Source: Sphingomicrobium sp.
GTDB taxonomy: Bacteria > Pseudomonadota > Alphaproteobacteria > Sphingomonadales > Sphingomonadaceae
Length of the DNA stretch: 64,000 bases
Assembly (NCBI GenBank): GCA_040414585.1
Contig: JBEDUM010000175.1
Span: 15,146-79,145, forward strand
Reading direction: 5' to 3'
Shown here: positions 37,854 through 47,892 of the stretch, piece by piece
Layout of the letters: every line of letters begins with the position of its first letter
Position numbering within the stretch: the stretch's first letter is position 1
Notes under the pieces: model-generated
What the model was told of the DNA's origin: nothing
What the model saw: the letters and a program-made list of their open reading frames with translations, nothing else
The model's database searches: none
Position numbers and translations under genes: made by a program

Positions 37854-38338
37854 TGGTGCATCTCCGATCGGTATTTGTCGTGGCACGCCTTGCACGCGCC
37901 GCCGAGGTCCGAATAGCGCGCCTTCGCTGCATTCATGTCGTTGCCCGAAGCGGCCGCATGGAAGGCCAAAGCGGCAACCTGGAAATTGTGGAGCTTGGAC
38001 GCAAAATCCTCTGGGTTTTGCCAGATGTCGGGCTTGGCACCCGTCTTGCCGACGTCCGGGCCCGTACCGGCCGGGAACCAGCCCGACGCCTTCTTCGACA
38101 GGTCGGCGATCTGGGCCGCCGAAGCGCGGACGGTCGGCACGAACGGTGAGCCGGAGTCGAACTCCCGGTGGAGCGCCTTGAAGGCCTTGCCTATGGTTTC
38201 CATGCCTTCGTGCCGCTCATGCATGACCTGAGCAGCCTGTGCGCCGCTGACCTTCGCGGTGACGAGGCTCGCTGCGGGAACTGAGGCGACAATGATGGTA
38301 AGCGCTATGAAACTGTACAGGGCAATGCGCGTGGACAT
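37850..38338 (-). CDS. cytochrome c' (class II)
   Basis: signal peptide, C-terminal CKACH, AKP.IW. Confidence 0.93.
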   Translation of the reverse strand: MSTRIALYSFIALTIIVASVPAASLVTAKVSGAQAAQVMHERHEGMETIGKAFKALHREFDSGSPFVPTVRASAAQIADLSKKASGWFPAGTGPDVGKTGAKPDIWQNPEDFASKLHNFQVAALAFHAAASGNDMNAAKARYSDLGGACKACHDKYRSEMHH

Positions 38339-38352
38339 GGACTCTCCTATTG

Positions 38353-39249
38353 TTATTCCGGCACTTTCCAGCTGTCGTCGATCATTTTGATGATTCCCGA
38401 GAAGTCTTTGTTCCCCCCGCCTCGGTCAACGAAGCGCTGGTACAACTCTTCGGCCTCACCGCCCATCGGCGTGTAGGCTCCGACGCTACGGGCGGCGTCG
38501 GCGGCCAGCTTCAGATCCTTGAGCATCAGCGCCGCAGCGAAGCCGCCTTCGTAATCATGGTCGGCGGGCGTCTCGGGACCGACGCCCGGTACCGGCGCGT
38601 AGCTCGTCATGGACCAGCTCTGCCCGGATGCCTTCGAGGAAATATCGAAGAACACCTGCGGATCCAGGCCTAGCTTCTGCGCCAGCACGAAGGCCTCGCA
38701 CGTCGCCGCCATCGTCGCGCCGAGGATCATGTTGTTGCAGATCTTCGCCGCCTGGCCGGCGCCGAGCTGCCCGGCGTGGATCACCGCCTTGGCCATGGGT
38801 TCGAGGAAGGGCTTCGCGCGCTCGAATTCTTCGTCGGTTCCCCCCACCATGAAGGTCAACGTCCCGCCCGCTGCCGCCGCGATTCCGCCGGAAACCGGTG
38901 CATCCACAAAGTCGAAGCCAAGATTCTTCAGGCCCTCGCCGACCTCGCGGGCGCTCGCCACGTCGATTGTCGAGCAATCGATCAACAGCGTGCCCGGTCT
39001 GGCATTCGGCGCGACATCGTCATGAAAGACCGCGCGAACGTGCTTTGCCGCCGGAAGCATGGTGATGACGACGTCCGCATCCTTCACGGCCTCGGCGCTC
39101 GAGGACGCTGGGGTGCATCCTTTCCCAACCGCCTGCTTGACGGCTTCCGGCACGAGATCGAATGCTTGAACCTCGTGGGCCGCCTTTGCGAGGTTCGGCG
39201 CCATTCCGCTGCCCATGTGACCCAGTCCGATGAATGCGATCTTCGCCAT
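38353..39249 (-). CDS. mmsB: 3-hydroxyisobutyrate dehydrogenase
   Basis: FIGLGHMG, DAPVSGG, KICNN. Confidence 0.95.
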   Translation of the reverse strand: MAKIAFIGLGHMGSGMAPNLAKAAHEVQAFDLVPEAVKQAVGKGCTPASSSAEAVKDADVVITMLPAAKHVRAVFHDDVAPNARPGTLLIDCSTIDVASAREVGEGLKNLGFDFVDAPVSGGIAAAAGGTLTFMVGGTDEEFERAKPFLEPMAKAVIHAGQLGAGQAAKICNNMILGATMAATCEAFVLAQKLGLDPQVFFDISSKASGQSWSMTSYAPVPGVGPETPADHDYEGGFAAALMLKDLKLAADAARSVGAYTPMGGEAEELYQRFVDRGGGNKDFSGIIKMIDDSWKVPE

Positions 39250-39253
39250 TACT

Positions 39254-40030
39254 TCACCGTCCCTTCCAGTTACCCGGCCGCTTTTCGACGAATGCGGTCA
39301 TTCCTTCCTTCTGGTCTTCGGTCCCGAACAGCCCGTGGAACAGCCGCCGCTCGAACCGAATGCCCTGGCTGAGCGGAATCTCGAAAGCCGCATTGACCAT
39401 TTCCTTCACGGCGATTGCGGCGAGCGGGGGCATGGCCGCGATGGCTTCCGCGGTCTTGCGCGCTTCGTCGAGCAGATCGGAAGCGGGCACGACCTTCGCG
39501 ACTAGCCCGGAGCGCTCTGCCTCGGTCGCGTCCATCATCCGACCGGTGAGGCACATTTCCATGGCCTTGGCTTTGCCGACAGCCCAAGTCAGGCGCTGGG
39601 AACCGCCCATGCCGGGCGTGACGCCGAGCTTAATCTCCGGCTGGCCGAACTTTGCATTGTCCGCGGCAATGATGAAGTCCGCCATCATTGCGACTTCGCA
39701 GCCGCCGCCAAGTGCATAGCCCGCGACGGCCGCGATCCACGGCTTGCGCGTCGCAGTGATCTTCTCCCAGCCGGCGAAGAAGTCGGACGAGTACATGTCC
39801 GCAAAGACCTGGCTCGACATCTCCTTGATGTCCGCTCCGGCCGCAAAAGCCTTTTCGGAACCGGTGAGCACGAGGCAGCGCTGCGACGGATCGGCGTCAT
39901 AGGCGGAAAAGACTGTAATCAGCTCCCTCAACACTTCGCTGTTCAGTGCGTTGAGCGCCTGCGGCCGGTTCAATGTCACGAGCGTCACCGCGCCGCGCTG
40001 TTCGACCAGGATCGTGTTGTACTCGCTCAT
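39254..40030 (-). CDS. enoyl-CoA hydratase
   Basis: [21 protein letters not shown]; start moved to 40030. Confidence 0.95.
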   Translation of the reverse strand: MSEYNTILVEQRGAVTLVTLNRPQALNALNSEVLRELITVFSAYDADPSQRCLVLTGSEKAFAAGADIKEMSSQVFADMYSSDFFAGWEKITATRKPWIAAVAGYALGGGCEVAMMADFIIAADNAKFGQPEIKLGVTPGMGGSQRLTWAVGKAKAMEMCLTGRMMDATEAERSGLVAKVVPASDLLDEARKTAEAIAAMPPLAAIAVKEMVNAAFEIPLSQGIRFERRLFHGLFGTEDQKEGMTAFVEKRPGNWKGR

Positions 40031-41085
40031 GCGTTCGTCTCCGGGAACGGGGTCCAGGCTTCGGTCTTGGGCAGCGGTGCGAAGAGCACATCGAGCATCT
40101 CGTCGGTGACCTCCTCGGGCGTCGCGGGTTCCCATTGTGGATCGCCCGTCTTGTCAATCAGCAGCGCGCGAACGCCCTCGCGGAAGTCGTGGGTCCGCAC
40201 GACCCGGCCGGCGAGCGCATATTCGGCGCGCATCTCATCGGCGAAGTCTGTCCGATGAGAACCCTCCGCGAGGAGGCGAAGCGAGACCTTGCAGGACAGG
40301 GGACTCTTTGTGCGCAGCGTCGCTAGCTCTGTTCGCGCCCAGTCGCTCTCGTCGGCCTCGAGCGCGGCGAGGACTTCCTCCAGCCTGTCGGACGCGAAGA
40401 GCTTGGAGATCTGTGGCAGATTCTGTTCGATCTTCGGCTCCGGCACGTTCGACGATGCCGCGCCAAGCGCCCCCTGTGCGCGGGTTGGCGCTTTCATGAC
40501 CCGATCGATCAAATCCTCCAGCCCAGCCTGCTCGACATAGTGGGTCGCGAGGTTGAGATAGCGGCAGTCGGCGCCGTCGAAACGCGCCCCAGTCAGAACC
40601 ATGAATTGCCCAATGCGGCCCGGCAGCCGTGACAGGTACCACCCACCGCCGACGTCGGGGAATAGTCCAATGCCCGTTTCGGGCATGGCGAACCGCGTGT
40701 TCTCGGTCGCGACCCGGAAATCGCAGGGCAGGGAGATGCCGACGCCGCCGCCCATAGTGATTCCGTCCATGATCGCGATGGTCGTCTTCGGATAACTGAA
40801 CAGCAGATGGTTGAGCCGGTACTCCGCGAAGAAGAAGCGCTTCGCCTCTTCCGCGTCCGTGCTCCCGCTGTGGGCGATCATCACGACATCGCCGCCCGCG
40901 CAGAAGCCGCGACCCTCCGCATGGTCAATGATGACTGCGTGTACGTCGGGGTCGTTGCGCCATTTGAGCAGCGCTTGGCTCATCACCTCGCACATCGACG
41001 TGGTCAGCGCATGGATCGCCTTTGGGCGATTCAGGCGGATTCGACCGACACCCTGCTCGGTACTGATCAGGACGTCGTCAGTCAC
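40027..41085 (-). CDS. 3-hydroxyisobutyryl-CoA hydrolase (crotonase family)
   Basis: [32 protein letters not shown]. Confidence 0.93.
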   Translation of the reverse strand: MTDDVLISTEQGVGRIRLNRPKAIHALTTSMCEVMSQALLKWRNDPDVHAVIIDHAEGRGFCAGGDVVMIAHSGSTDAEEAKRFFFAEYRLNHLLFSYPKTTIAIMDGITMGGGVGISLPCDFRVATENTRFAMPETGIGLFPDVGGGWYLSRLPGRIGQFMVLTGARFDGADCRYLNLATHYVEQAGLEDLIDRVMKAPTRAQGALGAASSNVPEPKIEQNLPQISKLFASDRLEEVLAALEADESDWARTELATLRTKSPLSCKVSLRLLAEGSHRTDFADEMRAEYALAGRVVRTHDFREGVRALLIDKTGDPQWEPATPEEVTDEMLDVLFAPLPKTEAWTPFPETNA

Positions 41086-42224
41086 TGGCGGAGCATGTCG
41101 CGGCTGACGATGACCCGCATGATCTGGTTCGTGCCTTCGAGGATCGAATGGACACGGAGGTCGCGCCAGAAACGCTCGATCGGATAGTCCATGAGATATC
41201 CGTAGCCGCCGTGGAGCTGGAGCGCGCGGTCGACAACCGAAGAGCCGGTGTCGGTCGCCAGGCGCTTGGCCATGGCAGCGAACCTTGTCTTGTCAGGCGC
41301 ATTGGCCGTCACCTTCGCCGCGGCGACGTACAGCAGGTAGCGAGCAGCCTGTAGCTCGGTCTCCATGTCGGCGAGCGTGAACTGCGTTGCCTGAAAATCG
41401 GCAATCGGCGTTCCGAACTGCTGGCGGCCCTTGGTGTAGTTGACCGCCTCGTCGAGGCAGCGCTGCGCGCCTCCAAGGGAGCAGGCGCCTATGTTGAGCC
41501 TCCCGCCGTCGAGGCCCATCATCGCGATGCGGAAACCCTCCTCCTCAGCCCCGACCCGGTTGGCGAGAGGAACGCGGACCTCGTCGAAATTGACCTGGGC
41601 GGTCGGCTGTGAATGCCAGCCGAGCTTTCTCTCCTGGGCGCCGAAGCTGACGCCGGGCATGTCTTTCTCAATGACAAGGCAGGTGATGCCCTTTGGCCCT
41701 TCCTCGCCGGTCCGGACCATCGTCACGTAGATCTCGTTCTCGCCGCCGCCTGAGATGAACGCCTTGGAACCGGATACGACATAATGGTCGCCGTCCAGCA
41801 CGGCCTTCGTCTTGAGCGCTGCAGCGTCCGATCCCGATGAGGGCTCGGTCAGGCAGTAGCTACCGATCCGCTCCATCGTGATCATGGACGGCAAATACTT
41901 CTGCTTCACCTCAGCCGAGCCGAAGCGATCGATCATCCAGCTCGCCATGTTGTGGATCGAAATGAAGGCGCTGGTCGACGGACAGCCGTAGGCCATTGCT
42001 TCCATGATCAGCGCGGCATCGAGCCTTCCGAGGCCAATGCCGCCGCTCTCTTCCGAGACATAGATCGATCCGAAGCCGAGTTCAGCGGCCTCGCGGATCG
42101 TGTCGCGCGGGAAGATCTTCTTCTCGTCCCACTCGGCGGCAAACGGCGTGATCGCATCCGCCGTGAACTTTCGCGCCATCTCCTGAATCTGGAGCTGGTC
42201 GTCGGTCAGCTCGAACTGTTGCAT
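41082..42224 (-). CDS. acyl-CoA dehydrogenase (isobutyryl-CoA type)
   Basis: YCLTEP.SGSD, GGRLNI, HGGYGY, ILEGTN. Confidence 0.95.
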   Translation of the reverse strand: MQQFELTDDQLQIQEMARKFTADAITPFAAEWDEKKIFPRDTIREAAELGFGSIYVSEESGGIGLGRLDAALIMEAMAYGCPSTSAFISIHNMASWMIDRFGSAEVKQKYLPSMITMERIGSYCLTEPSSGSDAAALKTKAVLDGDHYVVSGSKAFISGGGENEIYVTMVRTGEEGPKGITCLVIEKDMPGVSFGAQERKLGWHSQPTAQVNFDEVRVPLANRVGAEEEGFRIAMMGLDGGRLNIGACSLGGAQRCLDEAVNYTKGRQQFGTPIADFQATQFTLADMETELQAARYLLYVAAAKVTANAPDKTRFAAMAKRLATDTGSSVVDRALQLHGGYGYLMDYPIERFWRDLRVHSILEGTNQIMRVIVSRDMLRQ

Positions 42225-42280
42225 GGCGGCGGGCTCTAGGGCCGGTCCGTATTGTCAGCAAGTCCGGGTAAAGCTGCGTC

Positions 42281-42982
42281 TCACCACTTCTCGCCGAATG
42301 GCCTGACGTCCACTTCGAAGCTCCACGCCGAGCGGGGCTGTTTGGCAAGCCAGACCGCCGTGGTCGCCATGTCGTCCGGCTTCAGGAAGAAATCGTCCGG
42401 CTTGTCCGGCATGCTTGCCCTGGTCCTTGGCAGGTCGACGACTGCGTCGATCACGATGAGCGCGACGTGGATCCCTTTGGGCCAGAGCGTTCGCGCCATG
42501 GATTCGGCAAGGCTCCGCTGAGCCGCCTTCGCAGGCGCGAAAGCGGCAGTTTTTGGCCCGCCACGCAGCGAGGCCGTAGCTCCGATGAAGATGATCGTGC
42601 CGGCGCCTTTGGCGTTCATCGCCGGGATCACCTGCTGGCTGACCGCCAGGGCGCCGAGCGCATTCACGCGCCAGGATTGCTCGAAATCCTTGAGTGTGAT
42701 GCCCTCGACGTCGCCCCAGACGCCTGATCCGGCGTTGTAGATCAGGGTGGTGGGCTCGCCGAGATCGGTACGAATCTCCGCAAAAGCCCCGGCAATCGAC
42801 GCTACATCGCCGACATCGCACTCATAGGCACGCGCATCGCCAAGCTCGTCCGCAAGCGTGGCCGTGAAATCGGTCCCGCGCGCCAATAGCGCGAGTGCCA
42901 TGCCTTCCCGCGAGAAAGCCTTGGCGAGCGCGGCGCCATTCCCCTCGCCGACGCCGACAACAGCGCAGACGGGCTTTGCCAT
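42281..42982 (-). CDS. atypical short-chain dehydrogenase/reductase
   Basis: VGVGEGNG, YNAG; F instead of Y in the YxxxK position (FAPAK). Confidence 0.88.
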   Translation of the reverse strand: MAKPVCAVVGVGEGNGAALAKAFSREGMALALLARGTDFTATLADELGDARAYECDVGDVASIAGAFAEIRTDLGEPTTLIYNAGSGVWGDVEGITLKDFEQSWRVNALGALAVSQQVIPAMNAKGAGTIIFIGATASLRGGPKTAAFAPAKAAQRSLAESMARTLWPKGIHVALIVIDAVVDLPRTRASMPDKPDDFFLKPDDMATTAVWLAKQPRSAWSFEVDVRPFGEKW

Positions 42983-42985
42983 TTG

Positions 42986-43606
42986 CTAGGCCGCCGGCTC
43001 TTCTTCGAGCAGTCCCTCGAATCTGAGGACGTGGCGGACCGAGGGGCGCTCGAGCATCCGCTCGCGAAAGGCGCGGAGGTTCGGCCACTTTTCAAGGCCG
43101 ATCATCTTCTCGGCCCAGCCCGTGATGACGAAGAGATATGGGTCCGGAAGCGTCAGCTCGGCGCCCATGAGGAACGGTCCTCTGCCAAGTTGCGCTTCGA
43201 TATGGTCAAGCTTCTTGGCAAGGCCTTCGATCACGAATCTCTTGAAATCGTCAGGAGCGCTCCGATCGAAGAGATAGCTGAACCTTTTGTGCAGCTCCGT
43301 CGTGATGAAATTGACCATTTCAAGCACACGATACCGCCGAAAGTTGCCGACCGAGGGCAGCACGCTTGGTGAGCCGGCGCGGTCTCCGAGGAATTGAAGG
43401 ATGACCGCGTTCTCGGTCAGGACCTCGCCGTTTTCGAGCTCGAGCGCCGGCACCGAGCCTTTGGGATTGATTTTGAGATAGGAGCTTCCGTCGTCGAGCG
43501 TCTTGCTCCTGAGGTCCACGCGCTTCGCATCATGGCTGAAGCCGAGCTCGTGGAGAAGGATGTGCGGCGCCTGGGAGCAGGCGCCCGGGGAATAATATAG
43601 GATCAT
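42986..43606 (-). CDS. glutathione S-transferase (beta/GstA-like)
   Basis: YYSPGACS, NPKGSVPAL, LTEN. Confidence 0.95.
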   Translation of the reverse strand: MILYYSPGACSQAPHILLHELGFSHDAKRVDLRSKTLDDGSSYLKINPKGSVPALELENGEVLTENAVILQFLGDRAGSPSVLPSVGNFRRYRVLEMVNFITTELHKRFSYLFDRSAPDDFKRFVIEGLAKKLDHIEAQLGRGPFLMGAELTLPDPYLFVITGWAEKMIGLEKWPNLRAFRERMLERPSVRHVLRFEGLLEEEPAA

Positions 43607-43620
43607 CGCTCAGTCTTCTT

Positions 43621-43872
43621 CTAGTCGCTGTTGCTCATCGTCTCGTTGACGTCCGGGTTGTCGGCGCCGTTCGCGAGTTCGTTCGAAGGCGTGCCGCTGC
43701 TTTCATCCGCGGGCAGTGTCTCGACGTCGGCGTTCTCAGGCGTGCCGCCGTTCATGAGGTCGTCCTCCATGGCGATATTATTCTGCTGTGGGGGTTGTTG
43801 CTGGTTCTTGTTACACCCCGCCACAGCAACCGGCAGCGCGGCGGCGATTAACAGCTTGAGTGCGGCACGCAT
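43621..43872 (-). CDS. small acidic lipoprotein
   Basis: VAGC lipobox; GGAGGA RBS; start moved to 43872. Confidence 0.75.
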   Translation of the reverse strand: MRAALKLLIAAALPVAVAGCNKNQQQPPQQNNIAMEDDLMNGGTPENADVETLPADESSGTPSNELANGADNPDVNETMSNSD

Positions 43873-43944
43873 CGCATCCTCCGCAACATCCACAAGAACC
43901 CGAACGCTCTGCCGGGCAGCAATATCCCTGCCGCAGCGCTTCAA

Positions 43945-44388
43945 CTAATAGCTGTAAGCGGCAAGACAGGGGACCTGCTCGTCGGCGCGATCCGAGAAAT
44001 TCGCCTTCGAGAAGAACCAGCCGTCCTTGTGGAAGCCGCGGAACGCCGGGCTTGTGACCGCCAGCGCGAAGCTGGTCTGGTCGGCCACGACATAGGCGAA
44101 CCCCGCTCCGTCGGTCTGCTGCGTTACCGCGGTGCCGCCGGGGTAATGCATCACCACGGGTCCTGGTAGGGGACGCACGCCGGAGTGTATGTTGACCTCA
44201 CGGCCGCCGCCCAGGACGAGCCTGACACCCTGTCCTCCGGTGTCCTGCGGAAGGACCAGCGCCCGCTCGCCTTTCGCGAGGTGAAACGCGTACCCTCCGC
44301 CGCAGAAATTGCCGGGACCCACATATTCGACCGTCCGCGGACCGGTCCATTGCGCCAGTGCCGCCGCTGCCAACGCTATCAGGATCAT
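43945..44388 (-). CDS. secreted hypothetical protein
   Basis: signal-like N-terminus, two Cys, fills the gap. Confidence 0.7.
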   Translation of the reverse strand: MILIALAAAALAQWTGPRTVEYVGPGNFCGGGYAFHLAKGERALVLPQDTGGQGVRLVLGGGREVNIHSGVRPLPGPVVMHYPGGTAVTQQTDGAGFAYVVADQTSFALAVTSPAFRGFHKDGWFFSKANFSDRADEQVPCLAAYSY

Positions 44389-44395
44389 GACTCAC

Positions 44396-44417
44396 CCCCA
44401 TCGCCGAAACGATGGGG
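44396..44417 (-). promoter_or_regulatory. 8-bp hairpin covering the likely RBS of 43945..44388
   Basis: mRNA CCCCAUCG-UUUCGG-CGAUGGGG ending 7 nt before the ATG. Confidence 0.4.
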
Positions 44418-44461
44418 ATGCGTTTAGCGTGAAACGGGAGATGCAGCCAAGCGGCCGGTGA

Positions 44462-45967
44462 TCAGCCGAAGGTCGGAATGTGGAAGGCGGCCTTGTTGTC
44501 AGCGTCCACGAAACCGTCGGGCCAGCGCTGGGTTACGACCTTGTTCTTGGTCCAGAACCGCATGCCTTCCTGGCCGTACTGGCCGATGTCGCCGAAGCCC
44601 GAGCGCTTCCAGCCGCCGAAGCTGTGGTAGGAGACTGGCACCGGGATCGGCACGTTGATGCCGACCATCCCGACATTCACGCGCGCCGTAAATTCGCGCG
44701 CGGCGTGGCCGTTGCGGGTGAAGATCGCTACGCCATTGCCATATTCGTGCTGCGAGGGGAGCTTCAGCGCCTCGTCGAAGTCCTTGGCGCGGACCATCTG
44801 CAGGACGGGGCCGAAAATCTCGTCCTTATAGGTCCTCATGTCTGGAGTGACGTGGTCGAAGAAGGTCGGGCCGACAAAGAAGCCTTCCTCGTGCCCCTGA
44901 AGCTTGAAGCCGCGGCCGTCGACGACCAGCTCGGCGCCTTCGTCGATACCCATCTGAATGTAATTCTCGATCCGCTCCTTGTGCGCCTTGCTGACCACCG
45001 GGCCGTAGTGCGCATCAGGGTCTGTCGAGACTCCCACGCGGAGGCCCTCAATTGCGGGGATGAGCTTCTCGCGCAGAGCATCGGCGGTGTGGTCGCCGAC
45101 CGGGACGACGACGGGCAGCGCCATGCATCGCTCGCCGGCCGAGCCGAAGGCTGCTCCGGCAAGATCGTTGACGACCTGGTCGAGGTCCGCATCGGGCATG
45201 ACGATGCCATGGTTCTTGGCGCCCCCGAAGGCCTGGACGCGCTTCCCGTTCGCCGTTCCGCGCGAGTAGATGTACTGCGCGATGTCGGAAGACCCGACGA
45301 AGCTGATCCCTGCAATGTCAGGGTGATCGAGGATGGCGTCGACCATTTCCTTGTCGCCGTGGACGACGTTGAGGATGCCGTCAGGCAAGCCGGCTTCCTT
45401 CATCAGCTCGGCGAGTCGGTTAGGAACGCTGGGGTCGCGCTCGCTGGGCTTGACGATGAAGGCGTTGCCGCAGGCGATCGCCATTCCGAACATCCACATC
45501 GGGATCATCGCCGGGAAGTTGAACGGCGTGATGCCCGCGCCGATGCCCAGCGGCTGACGCATCGAATAGACGTCGATGCCGGGACCTGCTCCAACCGTAT
45601 ATTCGCCCTTCAGCGCCTGCGGGATACCGCACGCATATTCGATCACTTCGAGACCGCGCTGCACGTCGCCCCGTGCATCGGCGAGCACCTTGCCGTGCTC
45701 GCTCGACAGCAGGTGGGCGAGGTCGTCCATGTTCTTCTCGACCAGCTCGCGGAACTTGAACATCACTCGAGCGCGGCGCTGAGGGTTGGTCGCGGCCCAG
45801 GCGGGCTGGGCGGCCTTGGCGGCGTCGACCGCCTTCTGGAGATCCGCAGCGGTGCCGAAGCGGACATGGGCCTGAACCTGGCCCTGGTTGGGGTCGAACA
45901 CGTCGCCCTGGCGCTCGCCCGAAGCGAAGGTGGAACCGCCGATGAAATGGTCGATGGTGCGCAACAT
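44462..45967 (-). CDS. mmsA: CoA-acylating methylmalonate-semialdehyde dehydrogenase
   Basis: PFNFP, KPSE.DP, GAKNH, GERCMA; start moved to 45967. Confidence 0.97.
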   Translation of the reverse strand: MLRTIDHFIGGSTFASGERQGDVFDPNQGQVQAHVRFGTAADLQKAVDAAKAAQPAWAATNPQRRARVMFKFRELVEKNMDDLAHLLSSEHGKVLADARGDVQRGLEVIEYACGIPQALKGEYTVGAGPGIDVYSMRQPLGIGAGITPFNFPAMIPMWMFGMAIACGNAFIVKPSERDPSVPNRLAELMKEAGLPDGILNVVHGDKEMVDAILDHPDIAGISFVGSSDIAQYIYSRGTANGKRVQAFGGAKNHGIVMPDADLDQVVNDLAGAAFGSAGERCMALPVVVPVGDHTADALREKLIPAIEGLRVGVSTDPDAHYGPVVSKAHKERIENYIQMGIDEGAELVVDGRGFKLQGHEEGFFVGPTFFDHVTPDMRTYKDEIFGPVLQMVRAKDFDEALKLPSQHEYGNGVAIFTRNGHAAREFTARVNVGMVGINVPIPVPVSYHSFGGWKRSGFGDIGQYGQEGMRFWTKNKVVTQRWPDGFVDADNKAAFHIPTFG

Positions 45968-46067
45968 TGGAGACGCGTCCTGATTCTGGTGGATGGGGGT
46001 CGCGGCTCCCCTAGACCCGGCAAACAGCAAATGCCAGTTGCGACCGCCGTGGAGAGGGAGAGTCGCG

Positions 46068-47435
46068 ATGCGTAGATTTGCCGGCGTTCTGTGTGTGTTG
46101 TTGGTCGGGGCGGCCCCTCCGCCGGCTCCGGATGCCAGGCTTCGAACGATCATCCAGCCGGTCAGCCAGGCGCAGCTTCGCCACACGATCGAGACGCTGG
46201 TGAGCTTCGGGACGCGGCACACGCTGTCGTCGCAGACCGATCCCAAGCGCGGCATTGGAGCGGCGCTCAACTGGGCGGAAGCCGAGTTCAACCGCTACTC
46301 GGCGGCGTGCGACAATTGCCTGACAGTAGCGCGGACCAGCGATACGTTCAGCGGCGACCGCCTCCCGGCGCCGACCAGGATCACCGACGTGTTCGCGATC
46401 CAGCGCGGAACCGAGCGGCCCAACGATGTGGTCATCATACAGGGCCATATCGATAGCCGGGTGAGCGACCCGATGAACGCGACATCTGACGCGCCCGGCG
46501 CGAACGATGACGGCTCGGGCACGGCTGCCGTGCTCGAGGCGGCGCGCGTCCTCTCCAAACACAAGTTCCCCGGCACCATCGTCTATGCGACGCTGATGGG
46601 CGAGGAGCAGGGGCTCTACGGCGGCAAGGTGCTCGCCGCTTATGCCAAGCAGCAGGGTTGGAACGTCGTCGCCGTCCTCAACAACGACATCATCGGCAAC
46701 AGCTGCGGATCGGATGGCGTGTGCGACTCCACCCATGCGCGCGTACTTTCGGAAGGGCCGCGATCGCAGGGGCAAGTCGATCTGATGGCGGCGACCCACA
46801 GCCTTGGTGGCGAGAATGACAGCCCGTCTCGCAACATTTCGCGCTTCCTCGACAGCCTCGCCAACCGGCTGCACATTGGCCTCGACGTGCGCCAGATCTG
46901 GCGCACCGACCGCTTCAGCCGCGGCGGCGACCATATCCCATTCCTCGCGGCCGGGTTTCCCGCTGCCCGGATCAGCGTCGCGGTCGAGAACTATAACTGG
47001 CAGCACCAGGATTTGAGAACCGAGAACGGAGTCAAGTACGGCGATACGATCGACCATGTCGATTTCGCCTATTTGGCTAGGATGACGAGGCTTAATGTAG
47101 CCGCTTTGGCTGCAATTGCCAGCGCTCCTCCGCCGCCCGAGCCGAAGGTGGAAGGGGCAGTGAGCACTGATACGACGATCACCTGGCCCGCAGTGGCGAA
47201 CGTGAATTCCTACAAGGTCTGGTGGCGACGCACGGATGCGAACAATTGGGAAGTGTCGCGCTCAGTGCCGGCAAGCGCATGCGCAGAGACCTGCAAGCTC
47301 GTCCTCCCTCACATTCGTGTCGATGACTGGGTCTTTGGTGTCGCGTCCGCGAGTAAGGACGGCTTCGACAGTCCCGTCGCCTCGGCAGTTCCGGGCGGGG
47401 CGTTTCATCCCTATATTGCTCCTCCGAAGAAGTAG
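46068..47435 (+). CDS. M28 metallopeptidase with FN3-like tail
   Basis: signal peptide, GHIDS, GANDDGSG, GEEQG; start moved to 46068. Confidence 0.92.
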   Translation: MRRFAGVLCVLLVGAAPPPAPDARLRTIIQPVSQAQLRHTIETLVSFGTRHTLSSQTDPKRGIGAALNWAEAEFNRYSAACDNCLTVARTSDTFSGDRLPAPTRITDVFAIQRGTERPNDVVIIQGHIDSRVSDPMNATSDAPGANDDGSGTAAVLEAARVLSKHKFPGTIVYATLMGEEQGLYGGKVLAAYAKQQGWNVVAVLNNDIIGNSCGSDGVCDSTHARVLSEGPRSQGQVDLMAATHSLGGENDSPSRNISRFLDSLANRLHIGLDVRQIWRTDRFSRGGDHIPFLAAGFPAARISVAVENYNWQHQDLRTENGVKYGDTIDHVDFAYLARMTRLNVAALAAIASAPPPPEPKVEGAVSTDTTITWPAVANVNSYKVWWRRTDANNWEVSRSVPASACAETCKLVLPHIRVDDWVFGVASASKDGFDSPVASAVPGGAFHPYIAPPKK

Positions 47436-47438
47436 CTC

Positions 47439-47517
47439 GCCATTGCGAGCGGAGCGAAGCAATCCAGAAGACGTTGGTGCCGTTGGATTGCTTCGTCGTT
47501 GCACTCCTCGCAATGAC
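47439..47517. repeat. GTCATTGCGAG-family REP doublet
   Basis: GCCATTGCGAGCGGAGCGAAGCAATCC ... GGATTGCTTCGTCG...CTCCTCGCAATGAC. Confidence 0.92.
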
Positions 47518-47533
47518 GAAGTTGGAGGATAGA

Positions 47534-47797
47534 ATGGCCGGCGGATGGACGCGCGACGGCGCGGTTCAGGACCAGATCGACGATACCGTGAAGGACGCCA
47601 TCCTTCGTGCTCGCGCACTGACGCCAACGGGTGAGAGCGCGGAGGAGTGCGACGATTGCGGCGAGCCCATTCCGAAGAAGCGGCGCGAGGCGCTCCCGGG
47701 CGTCCGTACCTGCGTCGCCTGCCAATCCGAGCGCGACAAGCATGTGGTCCATTCCACGATCAACCGCCGGGGCAGCAAGGATAGCCAGCTGCGGTGA
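47534..47797 (+). CDS. DksA/TraR C4 zinc-finger protein (YbiI-like)
   Basis: MAGGW..DGAVQDQI, CDDC...CVAC, NRRGSKDSQLR; GGAGG RBS. Confidence 0.93.
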   Translation: MAGGWTRDGAVQDQIDDTVKDAILRARALTPTGESAEECDDCGEPIPKKRREALPGVRTCVACQSERDKHVVHSTINRRGSKDSQLR

Positions 47798-47804
47798 CCA
47801 TGCC

Positions 47805-47884
47805 GTCATTGCGAGCGAAGCGAAGCAATCCAGAGGAACCTTGGCTCAACTGGATTGCTTCGTCGCTTTGCTCCTCGCAATGAC
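47805..47884. repeat. GTCATTGCGAG-family REP doublet
   Basis: GTCATTGCGAGCGAAGCGAAGCAATCCAG ... CTGGATTGCTTCGTCGCTTTGCTCCTCGCAATGAC. Confidence 0.95.
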
Positions 47885-47892
47885 GATCTGAG

